Below are positions 37,287 through 49,422 of a stretch of 64,000 bases of DNA, in pieces. Source of the DNA: Watersipora subatra (Eukaryota). The DNA lies in the NCBI RefSeq assembly GCF_963576615.1, contig NC_088717.1:58018749-58082748 (forward strand). The letters are read 5' to 3'. The notes beneath the pieces are model-generated. The model worked only from the letters and a program-made list of their open reading frames with translations, was not told the DNA's origin and searched no databases. The position numbers and the translations under genes are program-made. Each line of letters starts with the position of its first letter. Position 1 is the first letter of the stretch.

Positions 37287-37511
37287 TTATGTATCCTCTA
37301 AGAGTTTTACTAGTTTTTGTATGGGACGTTGAAGATAAGTTGGTTCTGCCATCTTTCGCCCCTTCTTGTCTAAGTTACAATTTCCCAGTCTCACAGTCAC
37401 CTTACGCACTAAAACGTCTTTACCTGGAAACACATCTTCAGCTCGCCCTATTTGCCACATGTTCCTCGGCTCATTGGATTCGACTATAAGTACAACATCT
37501 CCGACCTTCAA
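37287..37511 (-). pseudogene. BEL/Pao integrase C-terminal fragment, separated from the integrase core by a frameshift.
   Basis: ORF-track ORF MKVGDVVLIVESNEPRNMWQIGRAEDVFPGKDVLVRKVTVRLGN...; the GDxVLI...R..W..G motif is typical of the C-termini of retroelement integrases. Confidence 0.6.
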
Positions 37512-37580
37512 TTTGTCTTCAGCTTTTGTCCAGGTTTGACGACGAGTGATGTTGTCTAGATATTCCAGCTTCCATTTTCT

Positions 37581-38375
37581 CTAAAACTTTTGAGCTACCC
37601 ACTGTACCCTTTTCCATCTAGCATGGCAGTATATTGCTTCATCAAAATCTCCAGGTGGTGGCACAGTGGGTTCCTTTCTTCCTGTTAGAATCATGTTTGG
37701 TGTGACTGGTGTTTCTTCATGATTAGAGATGTTGATTGCTCCTAAGGGCCTGTTGTTGACAATAGCAGCAGCCTCATAGAATGCCGTTCTTAGGGAAGTA
37801 CTGTCGAGTCTAGAACTTTGCCTTAATATGTCATTGAGCACTGCTCTGATGGTACGGATCTGCCTCTCCCAAACGCCTCCCTGATGGCTTGCCATCGGGG
37901 AATTAAATACAAACTCTATGCCTCTATCGCATAGGCATCTTTTTGCTCCCGCATCCAACAAATTCTTGGCGCCGACAAAGTTTGTTCCATTGTCAGAATA
38001 GAGCTTTATCACAGAACCCCGTATGGCGATGAAACAACGTAGTCCATTGAGAAAGGCGTCGGCAGTTAAATCGTTTAAAACTTCAATGTGGAGAGCCCTA
38101 CTATACAAACATGTGAAAACTAATCCGTACTTTTTCATTTCCTTCCTTCCCTCTTTAATCGCGTATGGGCCGAAGCAGTCCATTCCTGTGTGTGTGAACG
38201 GTGGGGCACAGCTAGTTCGGTCTTGAGGTAACTCTCCCATTTGCTGTCTCATAGGCTTTCTTTTCATCTTCTTGCATGGCATGCATTGACCTAATTGTTT
38301 TTTAACTGTTCTTATACCCGATATGAGCCAGAGGCCATTTTGACGCATGGATATTAGCGTGTAGGAAGGTCCCAT
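37581..38375 (-). pseudogene. BEL/Pao integrase core fragment.
   Basis: 264-aa ORF with HIEVLNDLTADAFLNGLRCFIAIRGSVIKLYSDNGTNFVGA (a DDE integrase core with the SDNGxxF motif). It is not in frame with the upstream RNase H. Confidence 0.75.
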
Positions 38376-38534
38376 GTGGTGTGAAATTTCATGGTAGTAG
38401 TTAATAAATAGCTTACTCGAGTGAGAGTTCTTTGGTAATATTATTGGATGTTTTTTTAGCTCGGTAAGAGATAAAGAATTTCTTGCTCTCCCACCAATCT
38501 TTATTAAGCCATGTTGATCCAGGTAGGGGCTTAA

Positions 38535-39374
38535 TCAAAGCAACGAACTTGTTTTCATCACTTGGTTACCCTTTATCAAAACTCCGATTTCCTCTTGAAA
38601 ATATTTTGTCTGTGTAATTTTCAATACTAATCTTTTGGCCGCTTCGATATTTTCAATTGATGGTCGCGTCAGAGGAATCTTTAAAGACTTGTTCTTGGCC
38701 ATCTGGAGTAAGTAAGCAAAGGCTCTTAGCAGTCCCTTGAGCGTGCTATACTTTTTCAACCTGTTGTACATGTCGATGAGTGTTGAAATCTCAGTCACTC
38801 TGACAACTTGGACTTTCTTAATTTCTGGATCATCCTCTGACACTCCTCTTCGTGTCGACATATCCAACTGTAATCTATGTTGTAGTTCTGGCTGCGATCG
38901 TAAAAACTTGGGACCCGTAAACCACATGGTGCGTTTTAATTTTTCGGCCTCCATCCCTCGAGAAGCTATGTCGGCAGGGTTTTCTGCCCCGGGTACGTGA
39001 TGCCATTGCTCAGGGTTAGATGCTTGTCTAATCCCATGAACTCTGTTAGCAACAAACATGTGAAATTTCCTCCATTCATTGCAGATATAGCCAAGCACGA
39101 TGGTTGAATCACACCAAAAAAATGACTTGCTTATATCCATGTGCAGTTCCCTTTGAAGCGTATTGTTGAGTTGGGTGGCTAAAAAGGCACCTTGTAGCTC
39201 TAGTCTCGGAATGGTGGTTACCCCTTTACTGGGTACGACTTTTGCTATAGCCAACACAAGATTGGTGCAAACATTTCCTAGGTTGTCAATGGATCGCAAA
39301 TACGAGCAGGCACCAATGCCTTCCAGCGAGGCATCTGAAAATGTGTGCAGCTCATACACGCATTGCGTCTGCAA
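38535..39374 (-). pseudogene. BEL/Pao RNase H region fragment.
   Basis: 279-aa ORF containing TIPRLELQGAFLATQL, the TIPRLEL motif that is diagnostic of Pao/BEL RNase H. Confidence 0.75.
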
Positions 39375-39766
39375 CCCATCCAGGCACCTAGGTATTTCTA
39401 GTTAGAGTTGTGACAGTTGAGTAGCCCATCTGTTCCACAATTGATTCATTTCCTCATTGAGAGGTTCATCCCAATCAACACTAGTCTTATTGACCTTCTG
39501 CAGTATATTTCTTCCCTGGTGTGTGAATGGTGCTAAAAGACCAATGGGATCAAAAAGCTGACCGACTACAGACAGTATGCCACGTCTTGTGACAGGCCCA
39601 GCTTTAACATCACTTCCACTAAATCTGAAAAAATCTTTATTAAGGTCCCACTCCAATCCTAGGGTACGTTGAGGAGACAGATAATCTGCAAACAAATCGA
39701 TTGCTTTCTCCGACTCGGGAATCGATGATAAAACTGAAGAATCATTGCTAATGAACTTATGAAGTC

Positions 39767-42700
39767 TTAAATTTCCTGTTGCGCAAAGAGCCCTAGCGTC
39801 CTCAATAAGTTGCTGTTCACGCTTGTGATACCGTCATCAACATAGAAATCTCTCCGTATAAATTCTGCAGCTTTTGGGTATTCCCCGGCATGGTCGTCTG
39901 CTAAAGTTCTCAGACCATAGGTGGCAACAGCAGGTGAAGATGTGGCTCTAAACAAGTGCTTTGTCATCCGATACTCTTTGACTTCTCCCTCTGTTGTTTT
40001 CCATAAAAAGCGCAAATAATCTCTGTCAGATGGAGTAACATGAAAATTGAAGAACATTTTTTCTATGTCGCAAGCGATTGCGATTTTTCCTTTTCTAAAC
40101 CTACACAAAATCCCAAGCATACTGTTGGTCAAATCAGGGCCTTGAAGCAGATGCTGATTTACAGATGTTCCCGAATATGTAGCTGCACAATCGGATACCA
40201 CACGGAGTTTGCCTTTCTTTTGGTGCTTTACTGCACAGTGTGGTATATACCACACGCAACCTTTCTGAGGAACAATATTGGTAGCCTCTTCAGCATGGCC
40301 CCCCGAAAACATCTCTTGCATGAATTGTACATACTGTAGTTTAAACTCCGAGTCGCTCTCAAATCTCTTAAATAGTGAAGTGAGGCGTTGTTCGGCTTGG
40401 CGTTTGTTGTCTGGTAAGTGTGGTCGCTGCCTAAATGGTAAAGCCATCTGATAAGACCCTGATGGTAGCACTTCCGTTGTTTGTTCCATGATGTTTAGAA
40501 ATTTTATGTCTTCTTGAGATATGAGGACATGATCGTCGAGCTTGATGCATGTACGGTGTGTAATAAGTCTTCTATCTCCTTGCCGTCTGTTGTCTGCTCC
40601 AAAGACGGTCCACCCCAACATTGATTTCCTGGCATATGGCAAGCCTTTGACTTGAACTAATGCTTCTAAAGGGGCAAAAGCCTCGGGACAATTAGCTCCT
40701 ATTAGCAATCCAATGGGAATGTCCATCAAAGGTGGCAATTTGCTTGCAAACTCTTTAAGATGAGATAGTTTTGCCACATTATTTCTGCAAGGAATGTGGT
40801 CGCGATTGCATGCAATATTTTTCCAACCATAGGCATCTAAGTAAGTGAAGTCTGCTTGTTCGTATCCTTGTATTCTAATATCTTGATATAAAGTGACCCA
40901 TTTTGTTGATTCTCCTGTGAGAGTTTCTACTGTGACCAATTCTCTTGTGTAGTCGGGTTGGAGATATTTCGCCAAGTCTGTATTGATGTAAGAGTGTTCT
41001 GAACCTGAATCATGGAGCGCGTATACAAGTAGCGTTTTTGCAGGAGATTTGTCAGTAGTTATATGCACTGGCAAGATCATGCTGAGGGAGTTACCTGTTG
41101 TACCAGTTTTCTTTGAAGATATCCGTTTAAGTTCTGCACTTGGTTCTTTTCCCGGCTGAATATTTGTGCTGGGCATCGATGTGGTTGAGCTTCTTTCACT
41201 TGGTGGCTTTGGAACCGCAGCTTGTTCTTGGTTTCTCCAATCTTTAGATGTTGTCGAAAAGTCGATGTGTAGGACTGTTGGATGTCTTTTCCCACATCCT
41301 GTCTTGGAACAAAAGGCTCTGTTTGGGCACTGTCTTGATACGTGTTCTCTTTTAGTACAGCCAAAGCAAAGACCATTCTCCTGAAAAAATAAGTTCTTTG
41401 GTTCTCTTGGCAGCTTAGCAAGTGCCCAACATTCGTTCGTTAGATGGGTTTTCTTACAGTAAAGACATTCACTTATTTTAGAGGTTCCTGTTGAATGGCT
41501 TCGTAATTTCATTGGATTGGCTGGAGCATAGCTCCTTTCCTTTTTATTGAAATCTGGCTTATGTTGACAGTTTTGATTTGCTTCCTGTCCGCTGATCTTT
41601 CGTTCTTCTTCCATATCTTCAGCTTGCTCTTTGACGAATTCAACAAATTCATTAAAAGTAGGATAACTGCTATATTCTTTTACACACACTCTCACCTTTT
41701 TGGCCCAGGATCTCAACATCCATTCTGGTAATTTCCTAGCAAGAATCTCATTTTGGTTTCTGTCATTCAATAGGCGCAACTCATCACAACCTCGCATTGC
41801 GGATTTGATGTGACTTAGAAGATTTGCGTATTTTCTCATAGTGTCAGCATCCCTTGTGCCAATCTTTGGAAACTCCTCAAGCTTTTTTCTTAATCCGAGA
41901 GCAGCATCATACTGTTTACCAAATCTTTTTCTCAAATCTTTCCTTGCGTCTTCATAAGCATCCATTGTGTTGGTAAGAAAATATCCACTGACTGCATCAA
42001 ATGCTTTACCAAAAATAAACCTCTTGAGGTGTCTTAGTGGTTGCAGTCCTGTTAAGCCTTCCGATTCAATGTAGGCGTCGAAGTCTATTTCCCATTCCTT
42101 GAACATAGTAGGATCACCCTTGAAAACACTGGGTTCGAGGGTTGAGCGCTTTGTGGACTTCATCGTTGCAATCAATGCTTTGGTGAGGGCTTGTATTTCA
42201 CCTGAACCGGAGTTGTTCATTTTTGTCTCAGCGTTTGAAGCTGCAGACCCTGTCTCGGATTTTGGAAGACGATTGTTCTTGTTGTTTGTGGAAGAGCTCT
42301 GAGAGTCCCTTGCCTTCTTTCTAGCCATCAGCTGCTGAAACTTTGCAGCTGCCTCTTCCAGCTCTCTTTCTATATCACTGTCATATTCTGCGGAGTTGAC
42401 CCTGCTTGCCTCTTCTATTCTCTCTGCTAACGTTCTCTTGCAATCATCAACAGTTGACCCATAATATTCAAACATGTTCTGTAGTGTGGTTAACCTTTCC
42501 TTATCATCAGTCAATTCACACAATTCGACCCACTTCTCCTGTATTTCCTTTAACATCTTCTCGATAGCAGAAGAAAAATCTTGCATTTCTTTTTCAGTGT
42601 GCATATTCATCAGAAAATCTTCTATTTTCTCCAATTCATCATTTATCAACTTTGGAATATCCTTGAGTAATGTAGACTTTTTGATACGATCAGATGTTCT

Positions 42701-42847
42701 AAATATAGGTGGGCTATTCATTCTGTGGCCACTACCTGCTTGTGACGTGTGCTCTGCTGAATTGACATCTTGTTCTGAATTCATTATGATGTTTAAAAGA
42801 GCAATCATGATAATACCCTGAATTCGTTTATAATTACAGAAAATCAA
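39767..42847 (-). pseudogene. BEL/Pao fused gag-protease-reverse transcriptase ORF (1026 aa); the ORF ends shortly after the YVDD motif.
   Basis: It has a coiled-coil-like gag N-terminus, the zinc knuckles CLYCKKTHLTNEC and CFGCTKREHVSRQC, an LHDSGSEHSYI protease and RT blocks ending in FYVDDGITS. The next pol piece, 39402..39695, is in another frame. Confidence 0.8.
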
Positions 42848-43723
42848 GGGTGAAAAAGCTGAAATAGATTGCTTTACAAGTAAATACCACAGTCAAGTCA
42901 ATATCAATACAAAAATTAAATCTTATACTTTTACACAAAAGAGCTTCAATACCATTGAAGCTGCAAAATATGTGATCTACAAGAAATTTCAATACGTCTA
43001 GTTTAGGTATGTGAAGTCAACAAAATAATACCAGTTGCAAACTGGGCCGAAAGCGCCACAATAGATTATAAAGTACGAGCGAGGACCGGCCAAAAATGTC
43101 AGACACTTCGGAAAAGACACTAACCGCGGCAGCCAAACCGTGTGCCAATCGGTTACCAACCAAAATTAGCCACCATCCGAGCAGGGCAGTTTACAAGAAT
43201 AGTAATCCAAAAGATTGCAAATTGCTCAAAGAAAAAATTATATGACAGTTTCAAAACAGAGTGACAATTTTTAACATTTTTTAAATCTTAAACGATCTAA
43301 AATTGTTCAGTAGTTATCTAATAAAGCTATCGAAATGTTTAAAGCTTTCGAGTATCCTAATATTTCCTTATCTCAATAGTCTGAATAGGGTTCTTAGCCG
43401 GCAGATATATTGTTCTATTTAGCCGGTTCGTTGTTTCGGTAATTACTGAACGTATATTCGTCGACTTAAATGGCGTTACGATGTTGTGTGGTATATCGAC
43501 AGTGTAGGTCTGCACGGCGACTCAGGGATCCCGCGTCAATCAGTGTCCTTTAAATAGTTCAATATAGCCAGTACGACGGCTCAATAGTTGAATATAGCCA
43601 GTACGTCGGCTCAATAGTTGTGGCACTTGTGTACACACGTTCGGTAAATACGAGACACCTTTAAGTCCGCCCAGCAGTTCTTTGATGTTCGTTGGTTATT
43701 TTCTCTTCTGGGAAAGATTTCAC

Positions 43724-44250
43724 TATAGCGGTTTACGCTAGGTTCGTAGCTGGCAAGTGTATTAAGCTGGAATTGATTCACTGATTTGGAGATGACTCGT
43801 TGATGTTTTATTCAGTCAACACCGAAACCGTGAAATCTACAAATGATTAACATATTTAAAAGTTCTCCCACAGCAATATAAAAAATAACGATATTATAGA
43901 AATAAAAAATTACCGACACAAACCTTTTGCCGACTTTGAAAAACACTCACACAGCTAAATCAAGAAGTCAAACGAAACAAATTAGCGATAAACGCCAAAA
44001 TGTTCTGAACAGAAAAATCGTCAATTAAATCATCAGTTGCGTGTTACTAGTTGAAATTCAAAAGTCATAATGCCGAGCGTGGATAGAAGATAATTGCAGG
44101 AAGTGAAGGCGTGTCAAGGCACTTCAAAACAAAACACGTCGAAACAACCCTTGTGGCGCCTTAAACCCGGATACAGCGATGTTTTACTTAACACAAGAAT
44201 ATAAAATTGGTGAGTTAGTAGACAGGAAATGTTAGTAGGGTTCTTTTACA
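43724..44250 (-). repeat. 5' LTR of the BEL/Pao element.
   Basis: It is a direct repeat of 36417..36943. It is followed, in the element's orientation, by a leader containing a 30-bp tandem duplication at 43553..43640 (tcaatagttgaatatagccagtacgNcggc). Confidence 0.85.
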
Positions 44251-44289
44251 TATATACTATTTTTAGCCAGTAATGGAATCTCCTATTCA

Positions 44290-45075
44290 ATATTTAAAAA
44301 ATAAATTGCAAGATTAAGGTGTTGAAATGCACCATAATTAGTATTCCGGAAGGTTCTATCATGGGCCCACTGTTATTCATTATATTTATTAGTGATCTGG
44401 TTGTTAAATAAGTGCACTCACCAAGAAATCCACAAGGGAAAAGCCTCGTCTGCCGTTTGTCACATGCTTATATAGCTTTCGTAGTCATCCACATAGTTGA
44501 CTCCTATAGGCCCACGTACTTGCGGTGCGACCTCTCAATACCGAACTGGCATACGTAACCTAAGTTCCTGCAATACGAGTGGGCACGAGGCAGACACACG
44601 CATATACAACACTGGTGAATTGCGCTCCATCACCAAATTGCGTACTTTTTGCTGACTATGAATTAAGTGAAATTAAAAAATGGTGTCTGGCAAATAATCT
44701 TATCCTAAATATCTAAAATACTTTACCTGTAAATTGTAAAAACCCCTCAAAAACATTTGACTGGTTCACTTGGTTTAGTCCTTATATTAACAAAATTACT
44801 GTAAAAGGTTTTTAGGAATAATGTTTGATGAAACCAGCAATTATGGCCATAGTATAAAATTAACTAGTAATTTACAATGTACGATCTCAAATGTCCCAAA
44901 ACAATGATTGGCCTGTATTATACATTTTTTTACATTCATCTGATTTATGGAATAAAGTTTTGGGGCCATACTGGCTCAACAGAGTTAGAAAATATTTTGC
45001 TATTACAGAAAAAGCTGTAAGGATTATGTTGCAAATCAAACCAAAAGCATCAGTGATTAATAGATTTTCTTAAAT
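44290..45075 (+). mobile_element. Degenerate non-LTR (LINE) reverse-transcriptase fragment covering RT palm motifs to the thumb.
   Basis: The plus-strand translation reads ...PEGSIMGPLLFIIFISDLV (the LINE RT motif G.VLGPLLF.IYINDL), then ...LADYELSEIKKWCLANNLILN (FADDT.../NKSK block), and then the ORF 44891..45073 ...VLYIFLHSSDLWNKVLGPYWLNRVRKYFAITEKAVRIML (the L.R..LEY..VW....L..VQ..A.R.I thumb motif). Stops and frameshifts are scattered between these pieces. Confidence 0.6.
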
Positions 45076-45544
45076 TAGCTTCTCTTTATTAAAAATAATG
45101 CTTATAAAATGCTTTTTAAATTTTGGCTTGTGCTTCATTTCATTAATGTTTTTAGTTATGTTGATTTTCAAAAAAAGGTTAATTGATCACAGCTGCTGTA
45201 TCACAGTAGAGAGAAGTAATGCTTTTCAAACACAATACTTGAAACCTAGTAAAGGTCAAAGGTCAAAGTAAAAGTCAAAGATCCATGTTGTGCACTGCAG
45301 CTAAATGATTCAATAAATACTTATATGACTCGTGACTTGCTTTCAAATGTTATAAAAGTGAAGACGGCAAAGCGCTGGTTGGCGGCTGGCGCTGCTGGTA
45401 TCCGCTAGTGTGTGTGATGTCATAACTGTGTCTGTTCTTCTGCACACTGCCAGTGGAACTGTCCTGCTGTTATTCTCAAACTATTGAACAGTCCCTTTTG
45501 CTTTATGTTTGTATTTTTGTTATTTTCTACGCTTCAACGATAAA

Positions 45545-45580
45545 TTACACACAATAAAACATTGCACACATACACAAGCA

Positions 45581-45612
<32 letters not shown>

Positions 45613-45670
45613 TGCAAGCACACATACACAAGCACACACACATGCAAGCACACATGCACAAATATTCTCT
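45545..45670. repeat. CA-rich microsatellite (CACACA / GCACACA imperfect).
   Basis: Direct reading. It underlies the artefactual ORFs 45509..45742 and 45534..45731. Confidence 0.9.
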
Positions 45671-46997
45671 GCAGATATTTTAAAAATAAATGATTATAAG
45701 GCAAGCAGGCTGGATAGTGAAAGCGAGACATCTCAGCTTTGAAGGGCTAGCTTCTCTCGGTCTATAATAGCATTGATGGATCATCAGCAGGCGCTTGCAG
45801 GTGCTTGCAAGTGTCCAGCTCGTATGTATATTATTATTATCCTATTTAGTGTTGGCAGGCAAAAGGATGATGCCCATAAAACATCTTCACCTTGTTAAGA
45901 GTTCATAAGAAGGAAGGCTCCACTCCTGTAATGCATAAATCCTACTAGCTTAGAAGGATAATTCTAAGATTCCAGCCATTAAATGACTCAATAAGCTCTT
46001 TGTCCTCACCTATCCATTCTCGCCCATCCTTGGCAGCTTACATGATGATTAGCTGAGCATTGCATGTTGTTTTTCGTTAGAAGTTACTCTTCTACAGCGA
46101 CAGAGTAAGGAATAGACACCGTTGGGTCATGTTTTGCAATTTAATCAAAAATTTATGTATTTCAATTTGAAAATTCTTTTAATTTATTGGTATTGGCTGC
46201 AGTTTAGTAGCAAGCAGCAAAAAAGCTAAAACAAACAATTACTAACCATTATATATAAACTATGAGCAATACAAAAAATGATATACCATATTTATTCAAG
46301 TATAACCCACACTTGTGTATAACACAACACACACCCTTAATTTTTGAATGAAAACTTCTATAAAATATTTTTACCCCATTTCACTTTTTAATCAACAAAT
46401 TTCAGCTTAAATAAATCATTACATACAGAATGCCTTTAGTACGACTTGCGTCTGCCATATCTGGGTATCAAGGTGGCAAAGGCATGTTCAGAAAAAAACA
46501 AGCTCAGAATAGCAACAGCATATTGAAAGCAGCAAATGGTATTACCTATTATGTGTATGTAGAGTTGTAATAAAACCTTGTAAACCTTTAACTTACATAT
46601 TGTTTTCATAATAATTACATTGCTCTGTAGCCATGATAAGAACTATTGAGCAACAGCATGCTATACGACTATCCGGATTTACCTTTAATTTTTGATTAAA
46701 AGTCAGTACAAAATTTTGTGCAATGTACTTGAATAATTATGGTGTATATATTAACATAGCTTCTATTGCTACTCACAAAAATCGACTGATAACTCAACTG
46801 TCAAAGTTAGAGTTTTAAAATTGTAAATATCTCAAGACAAAATATGCTTACCCAAATAACCTCTGACCTCTATCATACACTTTTACAAGAGACAGCTTCA
46901 TGAGTTTATGATCAAAAGCTCAAGTTTAGTCAAAGTTTCAAACTGCAGAATGTCTTACAAAAACAGATACTATAGGAAGTAATATAATAGTCTACCG

Positions 46998-47180
46998 AAC
47001 TTATGAGTACATGTTGAATATTTTATGGCATACTCTAAATCTATTGGGAATTGTTCAGGACTTATGAGTACATGTTAAATATTTTATGGCATACTCTAAA
47101 CCTATTGGGAATTGTTCAGGACTTATGAGTACATGTTGAATATTTTATGGTATACTCTAAACCTATTGAAAGTTGTTCAG
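46998..47180. repeat. Three tandem copies of a ~60 bp unit (ACTTATGAGTACATGTTGAATATTTTATGGCATACTCTAAACCTATTGGGAATTGTTCAGG).
   Basis: Direct reading. Confidence 0.85.
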
Positions 47181-47890
47181 GACTTCTGGGTAATTTTTGG
47201 CGAGAAGGTTTAACTGGGGGCTTGAGTTCTGTCATATTAATTTGAACAAATATTCTTACTATAAAGCGGAGAAACAAACCAAGTTAAGTACTATTTATTT
47301 AAGCCCTGATACATACAAAATCTTATCAGCCGAGTGTTGTTCTTTCTCATGTTAAACAGCAGCGACACACTTCAGTAAGGAGAGTGATATAATCGCTTCA
47401 GTTATTTTAATAATAAACGTAGGTAGAAATAAGAGCTGCTACAGCCTACAGGATGTCAAGAAATGATGCTGCATGTCTGTGTGTTTATCTGTTCGTGCGT
47501 GGTAAAAAAAGTTTTCTTAACCAAAACAAGGATCGTATTGGAACACTTGTCAGCGTCACACAAATTGTTGGCTGATAACAGCGGACAAGTGTGATGTCAA
47601 TCCTACCTTGACAGGTAGGATTGACATCACAGGCAGGTTGAACAAAGAATAAAGATGAATAGAGTTGAATAGAGATGCAGTGGCTGTGAAGCGTGACCCC
47701 TGTAACCAGTTGAGCGCTGACCTTGGACAATTGAAATGTGAATACATCTGACTCAACCAGCCAGGATGTTTGTTGGTTTAATCGCCTGATTAGACAGTTG
47801 CGTGAACCTACCAGCCTACATCTTGACGCGTTATCATAACTCTTCAATAGATAATTACGTGTGATTGCTGTATATGATGTCAGAAGCGCT

Positions 47891-47906
47891 ACTATATAAA
47901 AGGAAG
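47891..47906 (+). promoter_or_regulatory. TATA box (CTATATAAAAGGAAGG) about 60 bp upstream of the ATG of the novel secreted-protein gene.
   Basis: A canonical TATAAAAG lies at the expected distance upstream of the start codon at 47963. A perfect 16-bp inverted repeat lies at 47592..47629, further upstream. Confidence 0.55.
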
Positions 47907-47962
47907 GTTGCTGGAGTAATATCACTAAGTTTGTTATATCTGTACCTAGACATTGCAACATC

Positions 47963-48059
47963 ATGCACCTAGCGATAGTGTGTCTCATAGGCTTGGCTCT
48001 GTCTGGTAATGTGGCATCTCACTCCTGGATCGCCTGCACAGACTATTTGCAAGAAAATG
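47963..48059 (+). CDS. Exon 1 of a novel secreted-protein gene. It encodes MHLAIVCLIGLALSGNVAS|HSWIACTDYLQEN(G), a signal peptide with a predicted cleavage that leaves His as the first mature residue.
   Basis: A hydrophobic N-terminus is followed by the small-residue motif VAS before His. The donor is AAT G|GTAAGT. Downstream exons are consistent in phase. Confidence 0.7.
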
Positions 48060-48737
48060 GTAAGTATAAAGATTTTTACTTGGTGTCTAGAAATGGTGGT
48101 AACAGAAGCTGACATGTTTTTACATTGTTTTAATATAAATAATCAAGCTGTTTTAATTTTGGTTCTAAATTTTTTTCAATTTTTAAAAACAAAAAAATCA
48201 TTAGTTCCGTTGACTCATGAGTTGGTCCTAGTATGATACCCTTGTGAGAAAGACACCGGGAGGCTTTTTAAGTAGGCTCTACAGATGTTGGGCTGATGTA
48301 GCACAGAAGCAATAGTGGTTATATGCCCTTCCTATCACCACTAATGGTCCTTATGTGACTTATCATCAACCTACTGATAGTATGCCAGCGCCTAATCACT
48401 GAACCTCATTCATTTGTATTAAATACCATTTAATGTCACTTTTGTGTAACATGTAGTTTATGAGTTTGTAAATTCAAGGAAATTTTATTATTAGTTAATA
48501 TATTAGCACGTAGTTTATGAATTTGTAAATTTCAGGATATTTTATTATTAATTAAAAATATTAGCGGGTACTTGATAGCTAAGTCTATATGCCATCACTT
48601 TGTAGTTCTACCTGCAGTAGATGCCATCACCTTGTAGTTCTATCTGCAGTAGATGCCATCACCTTGTAGATCTACCTGCAGTAAATGCCATCACCTTGTA
48701 ATGCTACTTACAACAGCATTTATTATTAAACTTGCAG

Positions 48738-48806
48738 GTGATTACTGGAGCTCAAGCTACTGTCGAGCGTACGCTCGACACGGCCACCAGTATACGAACA
48801 AAGAGA
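48738..48806 (+). CDS. Novel secreted-protein gene exon 2. It encodes (G)DYWSSSYCRAYARHGHQYTNKE(N).
   Basis: The acceptor is acttgcag|GT and the donor is GAG A|GTAAGT. The exon is in phase 1 at both ends and the frame stays open. Confidence 0.6.
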
Positions 48807-49422
48807 GTAAGTACTATTTACAGACTGTTAGCAAGAGTTTAGACTTATGCAAAAATAAATTTTTGTCTCAGTAAATGCAAAGCAGTTATACGGTCAAATA
48901 TAAACGAGATGGTGATATATAGCTATTATATATAAATTTTAATAAGCATGCCAGTTTTAAGAAGCCATATAACATGAAGAATAATCTCGCAAAAGCAATG
49001 CTTCAGGAGTGCTGAAATCGCTCTCCTCATCTCTTGCTGAAGACATCAATGTATAGCCTTACCATACAGATCTCTTCTAAAGATTTTGCACTTCAGTCTG
49101 AGAGGCTTGAAGCCATCAAAGGCTGCTAACCAAAGCCAATACAACATACACTTACAGTTTGACGGGTAAATTTTTAGCAATTGTTAAGATTGAAGAAAAG
49201 TACTCTGGCAGAACTTGTAACATAGGGCAGCTCCAATTTTTTATGATTAAGTTGCTAACGGTATCTGGGTGCAGCTAGCTGCAGTCCCCGTCTTTCGGTC
49301 AGACAGTTGATGATGCAAATTGACCCATGATCTTGACCAACTCTAGCCTACAAATAAACCTCTCCTACGTTGCACTGCTTTTTCACAAATTGGCTACATA
49401 ATTTCATTTTATTATGTTACAG

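Larger units (their letters stand above)
36417..44250 (-). mobile_element. Near full-length BEL/Pao-family LTR retrotransposon of 7.8 kb. It has two 527-bp LTRs and a gag-PR-RT-RNaseH-IN organisation on the minus strand; pol is broken into 5 ORF pieces.
   Basis: The direct repeats 36417..36943 and 43724..44250 have about 10 mismatches in 527 bp. The internal minus-strand ORFs carry a CCHC/CX2C zinc-knuckle gag, an ALHDSGSE aspartic protease, a YVDD reverse-transcriptase motif, a TIPRLEL...  RNase H (a BEL/Pao hallmark), an ...YSDNGTNF integrase core and a GDVVLI...RNMWQIGR integrase C-terminus. A candidate 5-bp TSD, TATAT, lies at 36412..36416 and 44251..44255. Confidence 0.88.

Noticed and set aside
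37280-37489. Plus-strand 69-aa ORF and the other small plus ORFs (38023..38226, 38737..39000, 39163..39405, 40040..40339, 41166..41384, 42099..42302, 42474..42821).
   Set aside because: All lie antisense to the BEL/Pao gag-pol reading frames, which carry diagnostic retroelement motifs. They are shadow ORFs.
47485-47988. 167-aa minus-strand ORF overlapping the promoter and first exon of the novel gene.
   Set aside because: It is low-complexity with no recognisable domain, and it runs antisense across a TATA box, ATG and signal-peptide exon that are well supported on the plus strand. It is most likely a chance ORF.
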